Source: a virus | Lineage: Duplodnaviria; Caudoviricetes | Reading direction: 5' to 3' (one strand) | IMG/VR virus record: IMGVR_UViG_3300023178_000006 | DNA: 64,000 bases | Shown: one piece after another, positions 1-10,802 of the stretch | How positions within the stretch are numbered: position 1 is the stretch's first letter | How the letters are laid out: each line of letters begins with the position of its first letter | The notes under the pieces: model-generated | Told to the model about the DNA's origin: nothing | The model's input: only the letters and a program-made list of their open reading frames with translations | The model's database searches: none | Translations under genes and position numbers: made by a program

Positions 1-41
1 TGCGACATTAAGCGTCGATGCACTATTTTAAGGAATAAAGA

Positions 42-230
42 ATGGATATACCAACACCAAAACACGACGTAATACAACAAGGCGGAGTGGTTATAAGGCA
101 ATTCTATACAAAGAATGCTAATAACGAGATTATTGAAGTATTCAAAACAATGCCTTATCATGCAAATAACGAACTAGATACTGCAGAGTGTCAGAATTTT
201 ATTACAAATGTATTAAGAGGAAGTGAATAA
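42..230 (+). CDS. hypothetical protein
   Basis: 62-aa ORF with AGGA upstream; TAATG-coupled to next gene. Confidence 0.6.
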   Translation: MDIPTPKHDVIQQGGVVIRQFYTKNANNEIIEVFKTMPYHANNELDTAECQNFITNVLRGSE

Positions 231-1066
231 TGGCTGTTAAGATTTCTAACACAACAGTAATTGCTGATGACTTTCAGTTATTAAACGTTGCCGATACCAT
301 TGGTAAATATACTGATTTGCATGCAGTTGCAACTGATACTACGAACAACATCAACTTCACTACGACTATGATGACGTGTACTATGACTCAAAATGAAACA
401 TTCACCGAGTCGAATGGTGCACCTGGTTTAACTGCGACTTTACTTTTAGATACAACAAATTCTTCACATACTCCAACATTTTCAAGCAATGTAAATTGGG
501 AAAATAATACTACACCAACTTGGAGTGACTTTCAACACTGGCACATTACATTCTTTTACGCAGATAGTAATGATATACGTGCAGCTGCAGTAGGTTACAC
601 TGATATAACTCCTTCAGAATCGGTAACTCTTCATGGAACTTCTAGTAGTCCACAAAGTACGTTTATGACTACTATGCCAGCAAGTGCAGATTGCATTTAC
701 GGATATCAGTTTACTAGTGATGGTAACATAAAAAGATATACAAATGGTTCTGTTTATGGTAATACTGGTTTATGGACTTGGAGTACATCTAAGTGGAATA
801 ATATTACACCATCACAAACATATTACATAAGATTCAGTAACCACGATACTTCACAAGGTGTGGGATTAGATACGAGTGCGAGTGCTCCATTAAATACTTG
901 GAATGCATTAACTTCATCTAGATATGCTAGATACGATGTTGCTGGACCACGAAATTCGGTAGGTACGCTTATTTCAGTTTTTAAAGTTGAAATTGCTTCT
1001 GATTCAAATGGTTCGAACATAGTTGCTACTGGGTACTATGAATGTGAAATTAACGGAACAGCATAG
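230..1066 (+). CDS. putative virion structural / tail-fibre-associated protein
   Basis: T/S/N/G-rich; N-terminus MAVKISNTTVIADD resembles phage fibre N-termini; upstream of neck genes. Confidence 0.55.
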   Translation: MAVKISNTTVIADDFQLLNVADTIGKYTDLHAVATDTTNNINFTTTMMTCTMTQNETFTESNGAPGLTATLLLDTTNSSHTPTFSSNVNWENNTTPTWSDFQHWHITFFYADSNDIRAAAVGYTDITPSESVTLHGTSSSPQSTFMTTMPASADCIYGYQFTSDGNIKRYTNGSVYGNTGLWTWSTSKWNNITPSQTYYIRFSNHDTSQGVGLDTSASAPLNTWNALTSSRYARYDVAGPRNSVGTLISVFKVEIASDSNGSNIVATGYYECEINGTA

Positions 1067-1074
1067 AGGATAAT

Positions 1075-1842
1075 ATGGGATTACCACATACACAAAATTT
1101 AATTATCGGAAGTAAGAATACTGCCGGCAGTGGAGGTGTTGGAGGAAATGATTATCCAACATCTGGTGAATCAATTTTAGATAGAGAATCACCTTCAAAA
1201 ACTGTTATAACAGACTTCTTTGGGTTTAGACAAGACCAACCAGCGAGTGCAGATTCAGATGTTATTTTAGACTTTTTCTATGATACAATTCTTGGTGGAT
1301 TGAGTGTTAGAACAACTAACAACGGAAGTGGTGCAACTGGTTCCAATACCACTACAACTTTCCAATATTATACGACTGCAAACGTAGCGGGTAATATTGC
1401 AACTAATAGTTCTCGTATTCATTATTCAAATGATTCTGCAGTATCAGGTGAAACTTATCCAGGTCCCGCTGACCAAATTAAAGTTGTTCATAGTTCTTCT
1501 ACATTAGCAGATATAGGTGTCACCACGCGCACTTTCACCATGAATACATACCATTATGCTGGTACAGGAGCTCCTGCAACAATTGCTTCTTACACGAATG
1601 ATACTTGGACTACTTTACATAACATTGGTGGTCAGTCAGGAATCGATGTACCAACAGATAGTGTTGGAATAAGAGTAAGAATGAACAACACCTGTAATGC
1701 TCAACCAGGTGGAACTGAAACTTCAAGATTAAACACAAGAGAAACAATTGAGTGTTGGGTTAAAGCGATTGGTGGTTACGATGATACATTATTGTTCAAG
1801 TATGACGTTGAAAACAAAGCAAGGGCGGAAGCAACTTATTAA
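1075..1842 (+). CDS. putative virion structural protein
   Basis: T/G/S-rich beta-type composition; same operon as gp13. Confidence 0.5.
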   Translation: MGLPHTQNLIIGSKNTAGSGGVGGNDYPTSGESILDRESPSKTVITDFFGFRQDQPASADSDVILDFFYDTILGGLSVRTTNNGSGATGSNTTTTFQYYTTANVAGNIATNSSRIHYSNDSAVSGETYPGPADQIKVVHSSSTLADIGVTTRTFTMNTYHYAGTGAPATIASYTNDTWTTLHNIGGQSGIDVPTDSVGIRVRMNNTCNAQPGGTETSRLNTRETIECWVKAIGGYDDTLLFKYDVENKARAEATY

Positions 1843-1857
1843 AGGATAAATATTAAT

Positions 1858-2601
1858 ATGTCAATACCAAATACAAGAGAGCTTTTTAAAGATTATATCC
1901 TCCGAAAAATTGGTGCGCCTGTTATCGAAGTAAATGTGTCGGACGAACAAGTTGAAGACCGTGTTGATGAAGCAGTTTCTTTCTGGAGAGATTATCACTA
2001 CAATGGAAGTCAGCTCGTTTACTTAAAGCATCAGATTACACAAGAAGATAAAGATAATGGATATATTTCTTTACCACAAGGTCTATTAGGTATTTCAGGC
2101 ATTTTCCCACTTACAACAAACCTTTCTACTGGTTCTGGTATTTTTAATGTTCAGTATCAGTTTGTATTAAACAATATACAAGACATTACAGGATATAATG
2201 TTCAGAACTATTATATGGCAATGTCACATCTTCAATTCTTACAAGAAATCCTTGTAGGAAAACCGATGATTCGATATAACAAACACGTTAATAGATTACA
2301 TATCGATGTTGATAACGAATTTATGACAGTAGGTGAATATGTTATTATTGAAGCATACGATGTTATTGACCCAGCTACTTACTCAGATGTTTGGGGAGAC
2401 AGATGGTTGCAAAACTATGCGACTGTTTTAGTGAGGGAGCAATGGGGACTCAACTTAACTAAATTTACCAACATGCAATTAGTTGGTGGTGTATCATTTA
2501 ACGGAGAACAGATTTTATCAGAAGCACGAGAAGAAAGACGAAATATGGAAGAAGAAGCGATAAGAGCTTATCAGCCTCTCACCTATAACTTTATTGGGTA
2601 A
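1858..2601 (+). CDS. gp13: neck protein gp13
   Basis: LKDYILRKIGAPVIEVNV and WGQNL-like WGLNLTKF/QLVGGVSFNG motifs; T4 synteny. Confidence 0.9.
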   Translation: MSIPNTRELFKDYILRKIGAPVIEVNVSDEQVEDRVDEAVSFWRDYHYNGSQLVYLKHQITQEDKDNGYISLPQGLLGISGIFPLTTNLSTGSGIFNVQYQFVLNNIQDITGYNVQNYYMAMSHLQFLQEILVGKPMIRYNKHVNRLHIDVDNEFMTVGEYVIIEAYDVIDPATYSDVWGDRWLQNYATVLVREQWGLNLTKFTNMQLVGGVSFNGEQILSEAREERRNMEEEAIRAYQPLTYNFIG

Positions 2602-2608
2602 TGTTTAA

Positions 2609-3298
2609 ATGGCAACAAATGTATTCTTCAGAAATTACGATAACTTCAACGAGCAACAATTAATTGATGACCTCGTAATTGAAAGTATCAAAATGTATGG
2701 TGTCGATGTTATATACATCGCTAGAGACTTTGGTGCTATTGATAGAGTTTTCAATGAAGATGATTTACCATTATATAATAAAGTCTTTCAATTCGAAGCT
2801 TATGTTAAGAGTGTTGATGGATTTGAAGGTGAAGGTGATTTCCTTTCTAAATTCGGTTTACAAATCAGAGACCAAGTTACATTCTCAGTAGCAAATCGTA
2901 CGTTCGAACGTTTCGTCACCCGCGAGACAGAAGATATTATTCGACCGCGTGAAGGTGATTTAATTTATTTCCCTCTCAACGAAAAGATGTTTGAAATCAA
3001 ATTTACAGAACACGAAAGCGTATTCTATCAAAACGGTTCTTTACAAGTATTTGATATGAGATGTGAATTAATCGAATACTCTGGTCAAAGAATGGAAACC
3101 GGATATGAGAACATTGATGATTACTTCGATAAGATTGACACTACAGGTACTACAACATTACAAGCACTCGCAAATACAGAAGCTGATGGTAGTGATGCAT
3201 TAGCGAGGAACTACACTTTTGAAACGGAAGGAGATAATATTCTTGATTTCTCAGAGAGTGACCCATTCACTGAAAACATTAATATTAGCGACACATAA
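2609..3298 (+). CDS. gp14: neck protein gp14
   Basis: EQQLIDDLVIESIKMYG, GFEGEGDFLSKFGLQIRD, PREGDLIYFP; synteny. Confidence 0.9.
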   Translation: MATNVFFRNYDNFNEQQLIDDLVIESIKMYGVDVIYIARDFGAIDRVFNEDDLPLYNKVFQFEAYVKSVDGFEGEGDFLSKFGLQIRDQVTFSVANRTFERFVTRETEDIIRPREGDLIYFPLNEKMFEIKFTEHESVFYQNGSLQVFDMRCELIEYSGQRMETGYENIDDYFDKIDTTGTTTLQALANTEADGSDALARNYTFETEGDNILDFSESDPFTENINISDT

Positions 3299-4113
3299 TG
3301 GCAATTGCAAATTATTTTTATAACGCAACTTTAAGAAAATACGTAGCACTATTTGGTACGTACTTTAATCAACTTGAAGTGAAGCGTGTAGACAATGGTG
3401 GAGTAACACAACAATCAATGATTGTTCCTATCTCTTATGCACCATTCCAAAAGATACTTGCAAGGTTAGAACAGAATCCAGATTTTAAAGCAAAGTCTGC
3501 GATTACTCTTCCTCGTATGTCGTTTGAAATGACAGGAATGAGTTATGATGCAGAACGTAAAATATCTCCTATTACTAAGATAAGAAAAAATGTAGTATCT
3601 GATGATATAAGTGGAAGAAAGTTTCACTATGCTGGTGTTCCATATAACATGGAATTTCAGCTTTATATTATGACAAAATACCAAGAAGATGCGGTAAAAA
3701 TAATGGAACAGATTTTACCTTTCTTTAATCCAGATTACACCAGAACTGCTCGAATTATTACCGGATTAGAACCAATAGACATTCCTTTAATATTAAACGG
3801 AGTGACTACAGAGGACATCTATGAGGGTTCTTTTGAAGAGAGACGTTCTATATTATATACTTTAAGCTTTACAATGAAAGGTTGGTTCTTTGGACCAGAA
3901 AAAGAGAAAGGAATTATCAAGTTTATCGATACTCGTTATCATACTGATGTTACTTCAAATACAACTCCTGAGGAGTTCCAAACAATTCAACCTGGAATGA
4001 CTGCTAATAACGAACCAACAACAGACCCTGAATTGACTGTTGATTATAGTTTAATTGATTTTGATGACGACTGGGATTATATCAAACAAATATCCGATAC
4101 TGAACCCAGCTAA
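3298..4113 (+). CDS. gp15: tail sheath stabiliser/terminator gp15
   Basis: YFYN..RKYVALFGTYFN, VPISYAP, LPRMSFE, QILPFFNP motifs. Confidence 0.9.
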   Translation: MAIANYFYNATLRKYVALFGTYFNQLEVKRVDNGGVTQQSMIVPISYAPFQKILARLEQNPDFKAKSAITLPRMSFEMTGMSYDAERKISPITKIRKNVVSDDISGRKFHYAGVPYNMEFQLYIMTKYQEDAVKIMEQILPFFNPDYTRTARIITGLEPIDIPLILNGVTTEDIYEGSFEERRSILYTLSFTMKGWFFGPEKEKGIIKFIDTRYHTDVTSNTTPEEFQTIQPGMTANNEPTTDPELTVDYSLIDFDDDWDYIKQISDTEPS

Positions 4114-4132
4114 ATTTTAGGAATACAATATT

Positions 4133-4579
4133 ATGAAAATTGGATTTACATGTAGTACATTTGACCTGCTTCATGCTGGCCATGTACAAATGTTAAGAGA
4201 TGCAAAATCTCAGTGTGATTATTTAATGGTAGGATTACAGATTGACCCATCAATAGACAGACCAAAAGAAAAGAACCCACCTATACAATCAGTAGTTGAA
4301 AGATATACTCAACTCAAAGCTGTAAGATATGTTGATGAAATTATTCCTTATAAAACAGAACAAGACTTGATAGATATATTAGAGCTATATACAATTCACG
4401 TTCGTATTTTAGGTGAAGAGTATAGAGATAAAGAATTTACAGGAAAGGATATTTGTCGTAAAAGAGATATAGAATTGTTCTTTAATAAACGTGACCACAG
4501 GTTCAGTACATCTGGTTTACGAAAAGCTTGTGCTTGGGTAAATAATGACGGTGATTGGAAAATGACTAAGGAAGGATAA
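4133..4579 (+). CDS. TagD-like (glycerol-3-phosphate) cytidylyltransferase
   Basis: TCSTFDLLHAGH (HxGH), VRYVDEII, RDHRFSTS. Confidence 0.88.
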   Translation: MKIGFTCSTFDLLHAGHVQMLRDAKSQCDYLMVGLQIDPSIDRPKEKNPPIQSVVERYTQLKAVRYVDEIIPYKTEQDLIDILELYTIHVRILGEEYRDKEFTGKDICRKRDIELFFNKRDHRFSTSGLRKACAWVNNDGDWKMTKEG

Positions 4580-5037
4580 TGGCGAAGAAAGATAAAATAG
4601 CAGAAACACTTGATATAAGACCTATTGAAGAGGCACAAGAGGAGTTGCCTGCAAATTCTTTTTCAACTAATGATGATGTAGAGAGCTTACCAGTTGTAAG
4701 ACAAGAAAATCTACCCGCAGTTGCTGAACAACAAGCTGAAGAGAATTTAAAAGACATAGAATTAGCGAAAGCAAATATTGAGAATATTATTAATCTCGGT
4801 GATGATGCAGTAAAAGAAATGGTTGAGATTGCAAAACAATCAGAATCACCAAGAGCATTTGAAGTTGTTTCGACTTTAATGAAAACACTATTAGATGCTA
4901 ACAAAGATTATGTTGATATGTCAACTAAAAAGAGATATGCGAAAGAAGAACAAACAACGCAAACTCAAGTGACTAATAATAATCTTATCGTATCAACTGC
5001 AGACTTATTGAAAATGATTAAAGACGGAAACGAATAA
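4579..5037 (+). CDS. gp16: terminase small subunit gp16
   Basis: SESPRAFEV motif, NNNLIVSTADLLKM tail; directly before gp17. Confidence 0.85.
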   Translation: MAKKDKIAETLDIRPIEEAQEELPANSFSTNDDVESLPVVRQENLPAVAEQQAEENLKDIELAKANIENIINLGDDAVKEMVEIAKQSESPRAFEVVSTLMKTLLDANKDYVDMSTKKRYAKEEQTTQTQVTNNNLIVSTADLLKMIKDGNE

Positions 5038-6644
5038 TGCCAGTTGGGTACTTAGGTAACACTTACCTCAAGAGAGCGAATGAGGTACACGAGTTTACAC
5101 CTGAACAAATTAAGGAGTATATGAAGTGTGCAGAAGACCCAATATATTTCGCAGAAAATTATATTAAAATCGTACATGTTGACAAGGGGTTTGTTCCCTT
5201 TGAAATGTATGATTATCAAAAAGACATTACACAAAAGATTACAAACAATAGACGTGTTGCAGTTTTAACCGCTCGTCAAAGTGGTAAGACAACAACTGCA
5301 ACCGCAGTTATATTACATTATATTCTATTTAATGAATTTAAGACTGTTGCGATATTAGCGAACAAGGGTGATGCTGCTCGAGAAGTTCTTTCAAGAGTTC
5401 AACTTGCTTATGAAGCATTACCTAAATGGATGCAACAAGGTATCGAAGAATGGAATAAAGGTAATATTACACTAGAGAATGGTTGTAAAATATATGCAGG
5501 TACAACGACATCTTCGGCAATTAGGGGTAAATCAATATCATTCCTATATCTCGATGAGGTTGCGTTTATTGAAGGATTCGATGAGTTCTTCGCTTCTGTA
5601 TATCCTACAATCTCTGCTGGTGAAACTACAAAGTTATTAATGACTTCAACACCAAATGGATTAAACCATTTTTGGAAAACATGTAAAGGTGCTAGAGAAG
5701 GTACTAATGGTTATGAATTCGTTGAAGTTATGTGGAATGATGTTCCAGGGCGTGATGAAAAGTGGAAAAACGAAACACTTGAAGCTTTGGATTTTGACGA
5801 AGAAAAGTTTAGACAAGAATACTGTTGTCAATTCTTAGGAAGTTCTGGTACTCTTGTTGATGGTTCCAAACTTAAAGAATTAGCATACAGTCGTCCTATT
5901 GCAGAAAACCAAGGGTTAACTCAATATGAAGCTGTTCAAGAAGGTCACGCTTATGTGATGACTGTTGACGTTTCAAGAGGAAAAGGACTAGATTATAGTA
6001 CTTTTAATGTAATCGACGTAACACAAATGCCTTATAAACAGGTTTGTGTCTATCGAGATAACATGGTTGCTCCTGTCGATTTTGCATCTATTATATATAG
6101 AATAGGACTAATGTACAATGAGAGTTCTGTCCTAATCGAAATCAATGATATTGGTGAACAGGTTTCGGACGTACTCTTAATGGACTATGGTTATGAAAAT
6201 CTTCTTTATACAGAAAATGCGGGACGTTCCGGAAAAAGGATTTCAGCAGGTTTTGGAAAAAGAGTAGATAATGGAATACGTACAACTAAGAGTGTAAAAT
6301 CAATTGGTTGTACAATATTAAAAATGTTGATTGAACAGAATCAACTTATAGTACAAGACTATAATACAATACAAGAGTTATCACGTTTTAGTAAAAAGGG
6401 TTCTTCTTATGAAGCAGAATCTGGTTCCCACGATGATTTGGTTATGAACCTGGTCATATTTTCGTGGTTATCAGACCAAACTTTCTTTAAAGACCTCACT
6501 GACATAAATACGTTATTAAAGCTTCGACAAAAAACTGAAGAACAAATTGAAGAAGAATTATTACCGTTTGGATTTATAGATGATGGAAGTGAACTGCCAG
6601 ATTCAGACGGATTCGAAGCTGTACGAAACGCATGGGAGATATAA
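5037..6644 (+). CDS. gp17: terminase large subunit gp17
   Basis: Walker A ARQSGKTT, LYLDEVAF, TSTPNG, nuclease VDVSRG and HDDLVM. Confidence 0.97.
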   Translation: MPVGYLGNTYLKRANEVHEFTPEQIKEYMKCAEDPIYFAENYIKIVHVDKGFVPFEMYDYQKDITQKITNNRRVAVLTARQSGKTTTATAVILHYILFNEFKTVAILANKGDAAREVLSRVQLAYEALPKWMQQGIEEWNKGNITLENGCKIYAGTTTSSAIRGKSISFLYLDEVAFIEGFDEFFASVYPTISAGETTKLLMTSTPNGLNHFWKTCKGAREGTNGYEFVEVMWNDVPGRDEKWKNETLEALDFDEEKFRQEYCCQFLGSSGTLVDGSKLKELAYSRPIAENQGLTQYEAVQEGHAYVMTVDVSRGKGLDYSTFNVIDVTQMPYKQVCVYRDNMVAPVDFASIIYRIGLMYNESSVLIEINDIGEQVSDVLLMDYGYENLLYTENAGRSGKRISAGFGKRVDNGIRTTKSVKSIGCTILKMLIEQNQLIVQDYNTIQELSRFSKKGSSYEAESGSHDDLVMNLVIFSWLSDQTFFKDLTDINTLLKLRQKTEEQIEEELLPFGFIDDGSELPDSDGFEAVRNAWEI

Positions 6645-6656
6645 ACCTATGCTTTT

Positions 6657-6664
6657 TATAAATA
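6657..6664 (+). promoter_or_regulatory. T4-type late promoter
   Basis: TATAAATA upstream of gp18. Confidence 0.8.
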
Positions 6665-6725
6665 AAACAGTGATAACTATAATTAAGACTAGGTTTTTAA
6701 ATAGATAATATTAAAGGAGAATAAT

Positions 6726-8648
6726 ATGGCTTTTTCCGTAAGTCCTTCCGTAATAGTTCGCGAAGTGGACGCAAGTGCAGCGGTACCAGCCATCGCAACA
6801 CCACCTGCCGCTATCGCAGGTGTTTTTAGATGGGGTCCTGTAGGCGAGGCAGTTCTAGTTTCTTCTGAGAATGATTTAGTAAATAGATTTGGTACACCAA
6901 CCAATAATAATTACGAAACATTCTTTGTAGCAGCAGACTATCTTTCTTATGCAAATGCTCTTTACGTGGCTAGAGTAGATAACGGTGCAGTTAAAGCATC
7001 TGCATCAGATACATCAAGTGCAAATACACAACTACATACTTTCGGTGCGTTCGACGCTTTATATCCTGGAGAGTTAGGAAACTCTATTGACGTTGCTTAC
7101 GTTAAGGGTTCAAGCTTCTCAAACGATGTACTAAGTGTTGGTGATATTACTGCTTCTCAATTAACTGGTAACACTCAAATTCAACAAACACTAAACTTTA
7201 ATGATAGTGATGTTGATTTCGAAGTAGCACCTGCTAATAGAATCACATCAGGATTAATTGATGCTGGTGATATTCTTGTAATCGGAAACGATTCAGTAGG
7301 ATACCAAGAGTTAGAAGTAAGTTCAATCACAGAAACAGCGAGAGACACATTAGGAGATGAAACTGCAAATACTTCATTAATCGTAGCATACGATTATAAT
7401 ATTGTATTCGGTTCATCTTGGAGATTAGCAGAATCTGACTTGAACAAACTTTCTATTGTAAGAAAGTGGAAATACTCAAGCTGGTTTGGTAAAGCACCTC
7501 AAACTGCTAACTATCACATCGCAGTAATCGACAATGATGGTACTATTTCTGGTGAAGCTGGAACAGCACTGGAACTTTATACCGATGTTTCAACTACGTC
7601 AACCGCTAAACTATCAGACGGAACAACAAATTACTACGTAGATGTAATCGACAATGGCTCTTCATGGGTTGCAGTCGCAAATACATCGCATTTCGAATCA
7701 GGCGCACAAGACAGTTCTTATGAAACTCTTGCAAATGGTACCGATGGTACATCAGAAACTGCAACAGCATTAGGACCTATCGCGGGTGGTTACGATTTAT
7801 TCAAGAATGCAAACGAGATTGACGTCTCATTTGTTCTACAAGGTAAGGGTGACCAAGCCGGAACAGTTGCTAACTACATCATTTCTAACATCACAGATTA
7901 CAGAAAAGATGCAGTCGCATTCTTATCACCTTCTAAGGCTGATGTCGTAGACGAAAACAAAACAAACGCAAAACTTAACAACGTCATTGCATATCGTAAT
8001 AAGTTACAAAACTCTTCATACTGGTTTATGGATAGTGGATACAAATACAGATATGACAAGTACAATGATACCTACCGTTATGTTCCACTAAATGGTGACA
8101 CTGCAGGTCTAGCTTCAAGAGTTGAACCTTTCGAATCACCAGCTGGTTTCCGTAAGGGTGTAATTAAGAATGTTGTAAAACTTGCTTTCAACCCTAACAA
8201 AACACAAAGAGACCAATTATACTCTTCAGATGTTAACCCTGTAATGAGTCAAGTAGGACAAGGAATTGTACTATTCGGTGATAAGACAGGTCTTGGTTTA
8301 CCAAGTGCATTTGACAGAATCAATGTAAGAAGACTCTTTATTGCGGTTGAGAAAGCAATTGCTAATGCAGCACAATCTTTCTTATTCGAACTTAACGATG
8401 AATTCTCACAGACTCAGTTCAAAAATATCGTTGAACCTTTCTTAAGAGAAATTCAAGGTAGACGTGGTATTATCGACTTTAGAGTAATTTCTGATACAAC
8501 AGTAAATACTCCTGAAATCGTTGATGCTGGTAAGTTTAGAGCAAATATCTTTATTAAACCTGCTAGAAGCATTAATGTTATTGAATTAACATTTGTTGCA
8601 ACAAGAAGTGGTGTTGAATTTGAAGAAATTGTTGGCTCAATTGGTTAA
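6726..8648 (+). CDS. gp18: tail sheath protein gp18
   Basis: SPSVIVREVD, FRWGP, SPAGFRKG, AFDRINVRRLF, FIKPARSIN. Confidence 0.97.
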   Translation: MAFSVSPSVIVREVDASAAVPAIATPPAAIAGVFRWGPVGEAVLVSSENDLVNRFGTPTNNNYETFFVAADYLSYANALYVARVDNGAVKASASDTSSANTQLHTFGAFDALYPGELGNSIDVAYVKGSSFSNDVLSVGDITASQLTGNTQIQQTLNFNDSDVDFEVAPANRITSGLIDAGDILVIGNDSVGYQELEVSSITETARDTLGDETANTSLIVAYDYNIVFGSSWRLAESDLNKLSIVRKWKYSSWFGKAPQTANYHIAVIDNDGTISGEAGTALELYTDVSTTSTAKLSDGTTNYYVDVIDNGSSWVAVANTSHFESGAQDSSYETLANGTDGTSETATALGPIAGGYDLFKNANEIDVSFVLQGKGDQAGTVANYIISNITDYRKDAVAFLSPSKADVVDENKTNAKLNNVIAYRNKLQNSSYWFMDSGYKYRYDKYNDTYRYVPLNGDTAGLASRVEPFESPAGFRKGVIKNVVKLAFNPNKTQRDQLYSSDVNPVMSQVGQGIVLFGDKTGLGLPSAFDRINVRRLFIAVEKAIANAAQSFLFELNDEFSQTQFKNIVEPFLREIQGRRGIIDFRVISDTTVNTPEIVDAGKFRANIFIKPARSINVIELTFVATRSGVEFEEIVGSIG

Positions 8649-8679
8649 TAAATAATTAGTAAAATAGGAGAACTAACAA

Positions 8680-9213
8680 ATGGCATTTAATATTAATGAG
8701 TTCAAATCCCAGCTAGTTGGTGGTGGTGCTCGACCTACGTTATTCCAATGTCAAATCTTAAACCCTGTTGCTCCTGAAGCCGACTTTAAAGTTCCTTTCA
8801 TGGTAAGAGCTGCGGGTATACCCGGCTCTTCCTTAGGTTCTTTCACAGCACCATACTTTGGTCGTCAGGTCAAGTATGCAGGTGATAGGGTATTTGAAGA
8901 TTGGACAGTGACTGTTATTAACGATGAAGATTTCATTGTTAGAAACGGTTTGGAAGCATGGTCAAATGCTATCAATACACATGATGGTAATTTACGCTCA
9001 CTTCCATCTGATTACAAATCAAATGGTTTAATTACACAATATAGTAAAGACGGAGACGCAATTAGAACTTATGTGTTCGAAGGTATGTACCCAGTGACTA
9101 TTGACCAAATCCAAATGGATTGGGGTACAACCGATACAATTGAAGAATTCTCAGTGACCTTCCAATATGACTTCTGGAGAGTCGAAGGTTCAACTGGAAT
9201 TCCAACTACATAA
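8680..9213 (+). CDS. gp19: tail tube protein gp19
   Basis: GGARPTLF, YFGRQVKYAGDRVFEDWTVTVIND, EEFSVTFQY. Confidence 0.96.
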   Translation: MAFNINEFKSQLVGGGARPTLFQCQILNPVAPEADFKVPFMVRAAGIPGSSLGSFTAPYFGRQVKYAGDRVFEDWTVTVINDEDFIVRNGLEAWSNAINTHDGNLRSLPSDYKSNGLITQYSKDGDAIRTYVFEGMYPVTIDQIQMDWGTTDTIEEFSVTFQYDFWRVEGSTGIPTT

Positions 9214-9230
9214 TAATAGGAATTTAAATA

Positions 9231-10760
9231 ATGAAGATTTTTGGCTTCGAAATTAAGAGGCCTGAAGATGAGATAAAGAATGCTCCTATCTCATTTACAG
9301 AACCTCAAAATGATGATGGTGCGATTACCGTATCAGGTAACTCGCTAGGGGGCTTTTATAGTACTCTATTAGATATGGAAGGTTCAGCTAAGTCTGAATC
9401 CGAACTTATCACAAAGTATAGGAACATGGCCCTTCAGCCTGAGATTGCTCAGGCAGTTGATGATATAGTGAATGAAGCTATCTCGATTGAAATGGACGAA
9501 AGTGTCGTTAGCATAAGTTTAGGTGAAACTGATTTACCTGATAAAGTTAAAGACAAGATTGTAGAAGAATTTGATAACGTCGTATCTATGTTTGATATGT
9601 CAAACCAAGGATACGATATGTTCTATAAGTTTTATATCGACGGTCGATTGAATTATCATATTATAATCGACCCCGATAACCTTAAAAGAGGTATTATAGA
9701 ACTACGTTATTGTGACCCTCGAAAACTAAAACTAATTCGAGAGTTGGACAAGAAAAGTAAAGACAAGCACTCAGGTGCTCCAGTCAAAAAGATTAAGAAT
9801 GAATACTATATGTATTCTGAAAATGGATTTGGAGCTACTAGTGCAAGCGGTTCAACTGTTGGTTTTAAAATTGCGAAGGACTCTATTGCTAGAGTAACTT
9901 CAGGATTGATGAATGAGAATAATAGTTTAGTATTATCTCACTTACATCCAGCAATTAAACCTTTAAATCAGTTGAGAATGCTAGAGGATGCTACAGTCAT
10001 TTATACATTGACTAGAGCTCCTGAAAGAAGAATTTTTTATATTGATGTAGGTAATTTACCTAAGAATAAGGCGGAACAATATCTTAGAGATATGATGACT
10101 CGCCATAAGAATAAACTTCAATATAATTCGTCAACAGGTGAGATTACAGATTCTCGTAAAATGTTGACAATGACTGAGGACTTTTGGTTCCCACGTCGTG
10201 GCGGTGAGCGTACCACAGAGGTTGATACATTAGCAGGTGGTAGTGCTCAAGGTTTAAGCAACGACGAAAACATGACGTATTTTCAACGTAAATTATATAA
10301 ATCGTTGAAAGTACCTTTAACGCGTTTAGAGCCTGAAACAATGGCGAACTTTGGTAGAGTTTCAGAAATTACCAGAGACGAGTTAAAGTTTGGAAAGTTT
10401 ATTAAACGTATTAGGTCACGTTTTTCTTGGATATTTAATATCGTATTAGAAAAACAACTAGTATTAAAGGGTATTCTTACTCCTGAAGAGTTTCAACAAA
10501 TTCGAAACGATATTCGATATGAATTTGCAAAAGACAACTATTATGATGAGTTAAAACATGCAGAGATTCTTAAGGAAAGATTAGGAACCTTAAGAGATAT
10601 TGAAGATTCGATTGGAAAATATTACTCGAAAGAATGGGTAATTAGAAACGTTCTTCAGATGAGTGAAGAGGAATTTAATGAAATGAATGACCAAATGGTC
10701 GCTGAAAAAGAAGCAGAACCTTCTGAAGACGGTGACGATATGGATTCAAATCCTTTTTAA
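9231..10760 (+). CDS. gp20: portal protein gp20
   Basis: RAPERRIFYIDVGNLPK, EDFWFPRRGG, LYKSLKVP. Confidence 0.97.
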   Translation: MKIFGFEIKRPEDEIKNAPISFTEPQNDDGAITVSGNSLGGFYSTLLDMEGSAKSESELITKYRNMALQPEIAQAVDDIVNEAISIEMDESVVSISLGETDLPDKVKDKIVEEFDNVVSMFDMSNQGYDMFYKFYIDGRLNYHIIIDPDNLKRGIIELRYCDPRKLKLIRELDKKSKDKHSGAPVKKIKNEYYMYSENGFGATSASGSTVGFKIAKDSIARVTSGLMNENNSLVLSHLHPAIKPLNQLRMLEDATVIYTLTRAPERRIFYIDVGNLPKNKAEQYLRDMMTRHKNKLQYNSSTGEITDSRKMLTMTEDFWFPRRGGERTTEVDTLAGGSAQGLSNDENMTYFQRKLYKSLKVPLTRLEPETMANFGRVSEITRDELKFGKFIKRIRSRFSWIFNIVLEKQLVLKGILTPEEFQQIRNDIRYEFAKDNYYDELKHAEILKERLGTLRDIEDSIGKYYSKEWVIRNVLQMSEEEFNEMNDQMVAEKEAEPSEDGDDMDSNPF

Positions 10761-10768
10761 TATAAATA
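10761..10768 (+). promoter_or_regulatory. T4-type late promoter
   Basis: TATAAATA right after gp20 stop. Confidence 0.8.
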
Positions 10769-10802
10769 AAATTAATATAGCAAAATAAATAGGGACTTAA
10801 CA

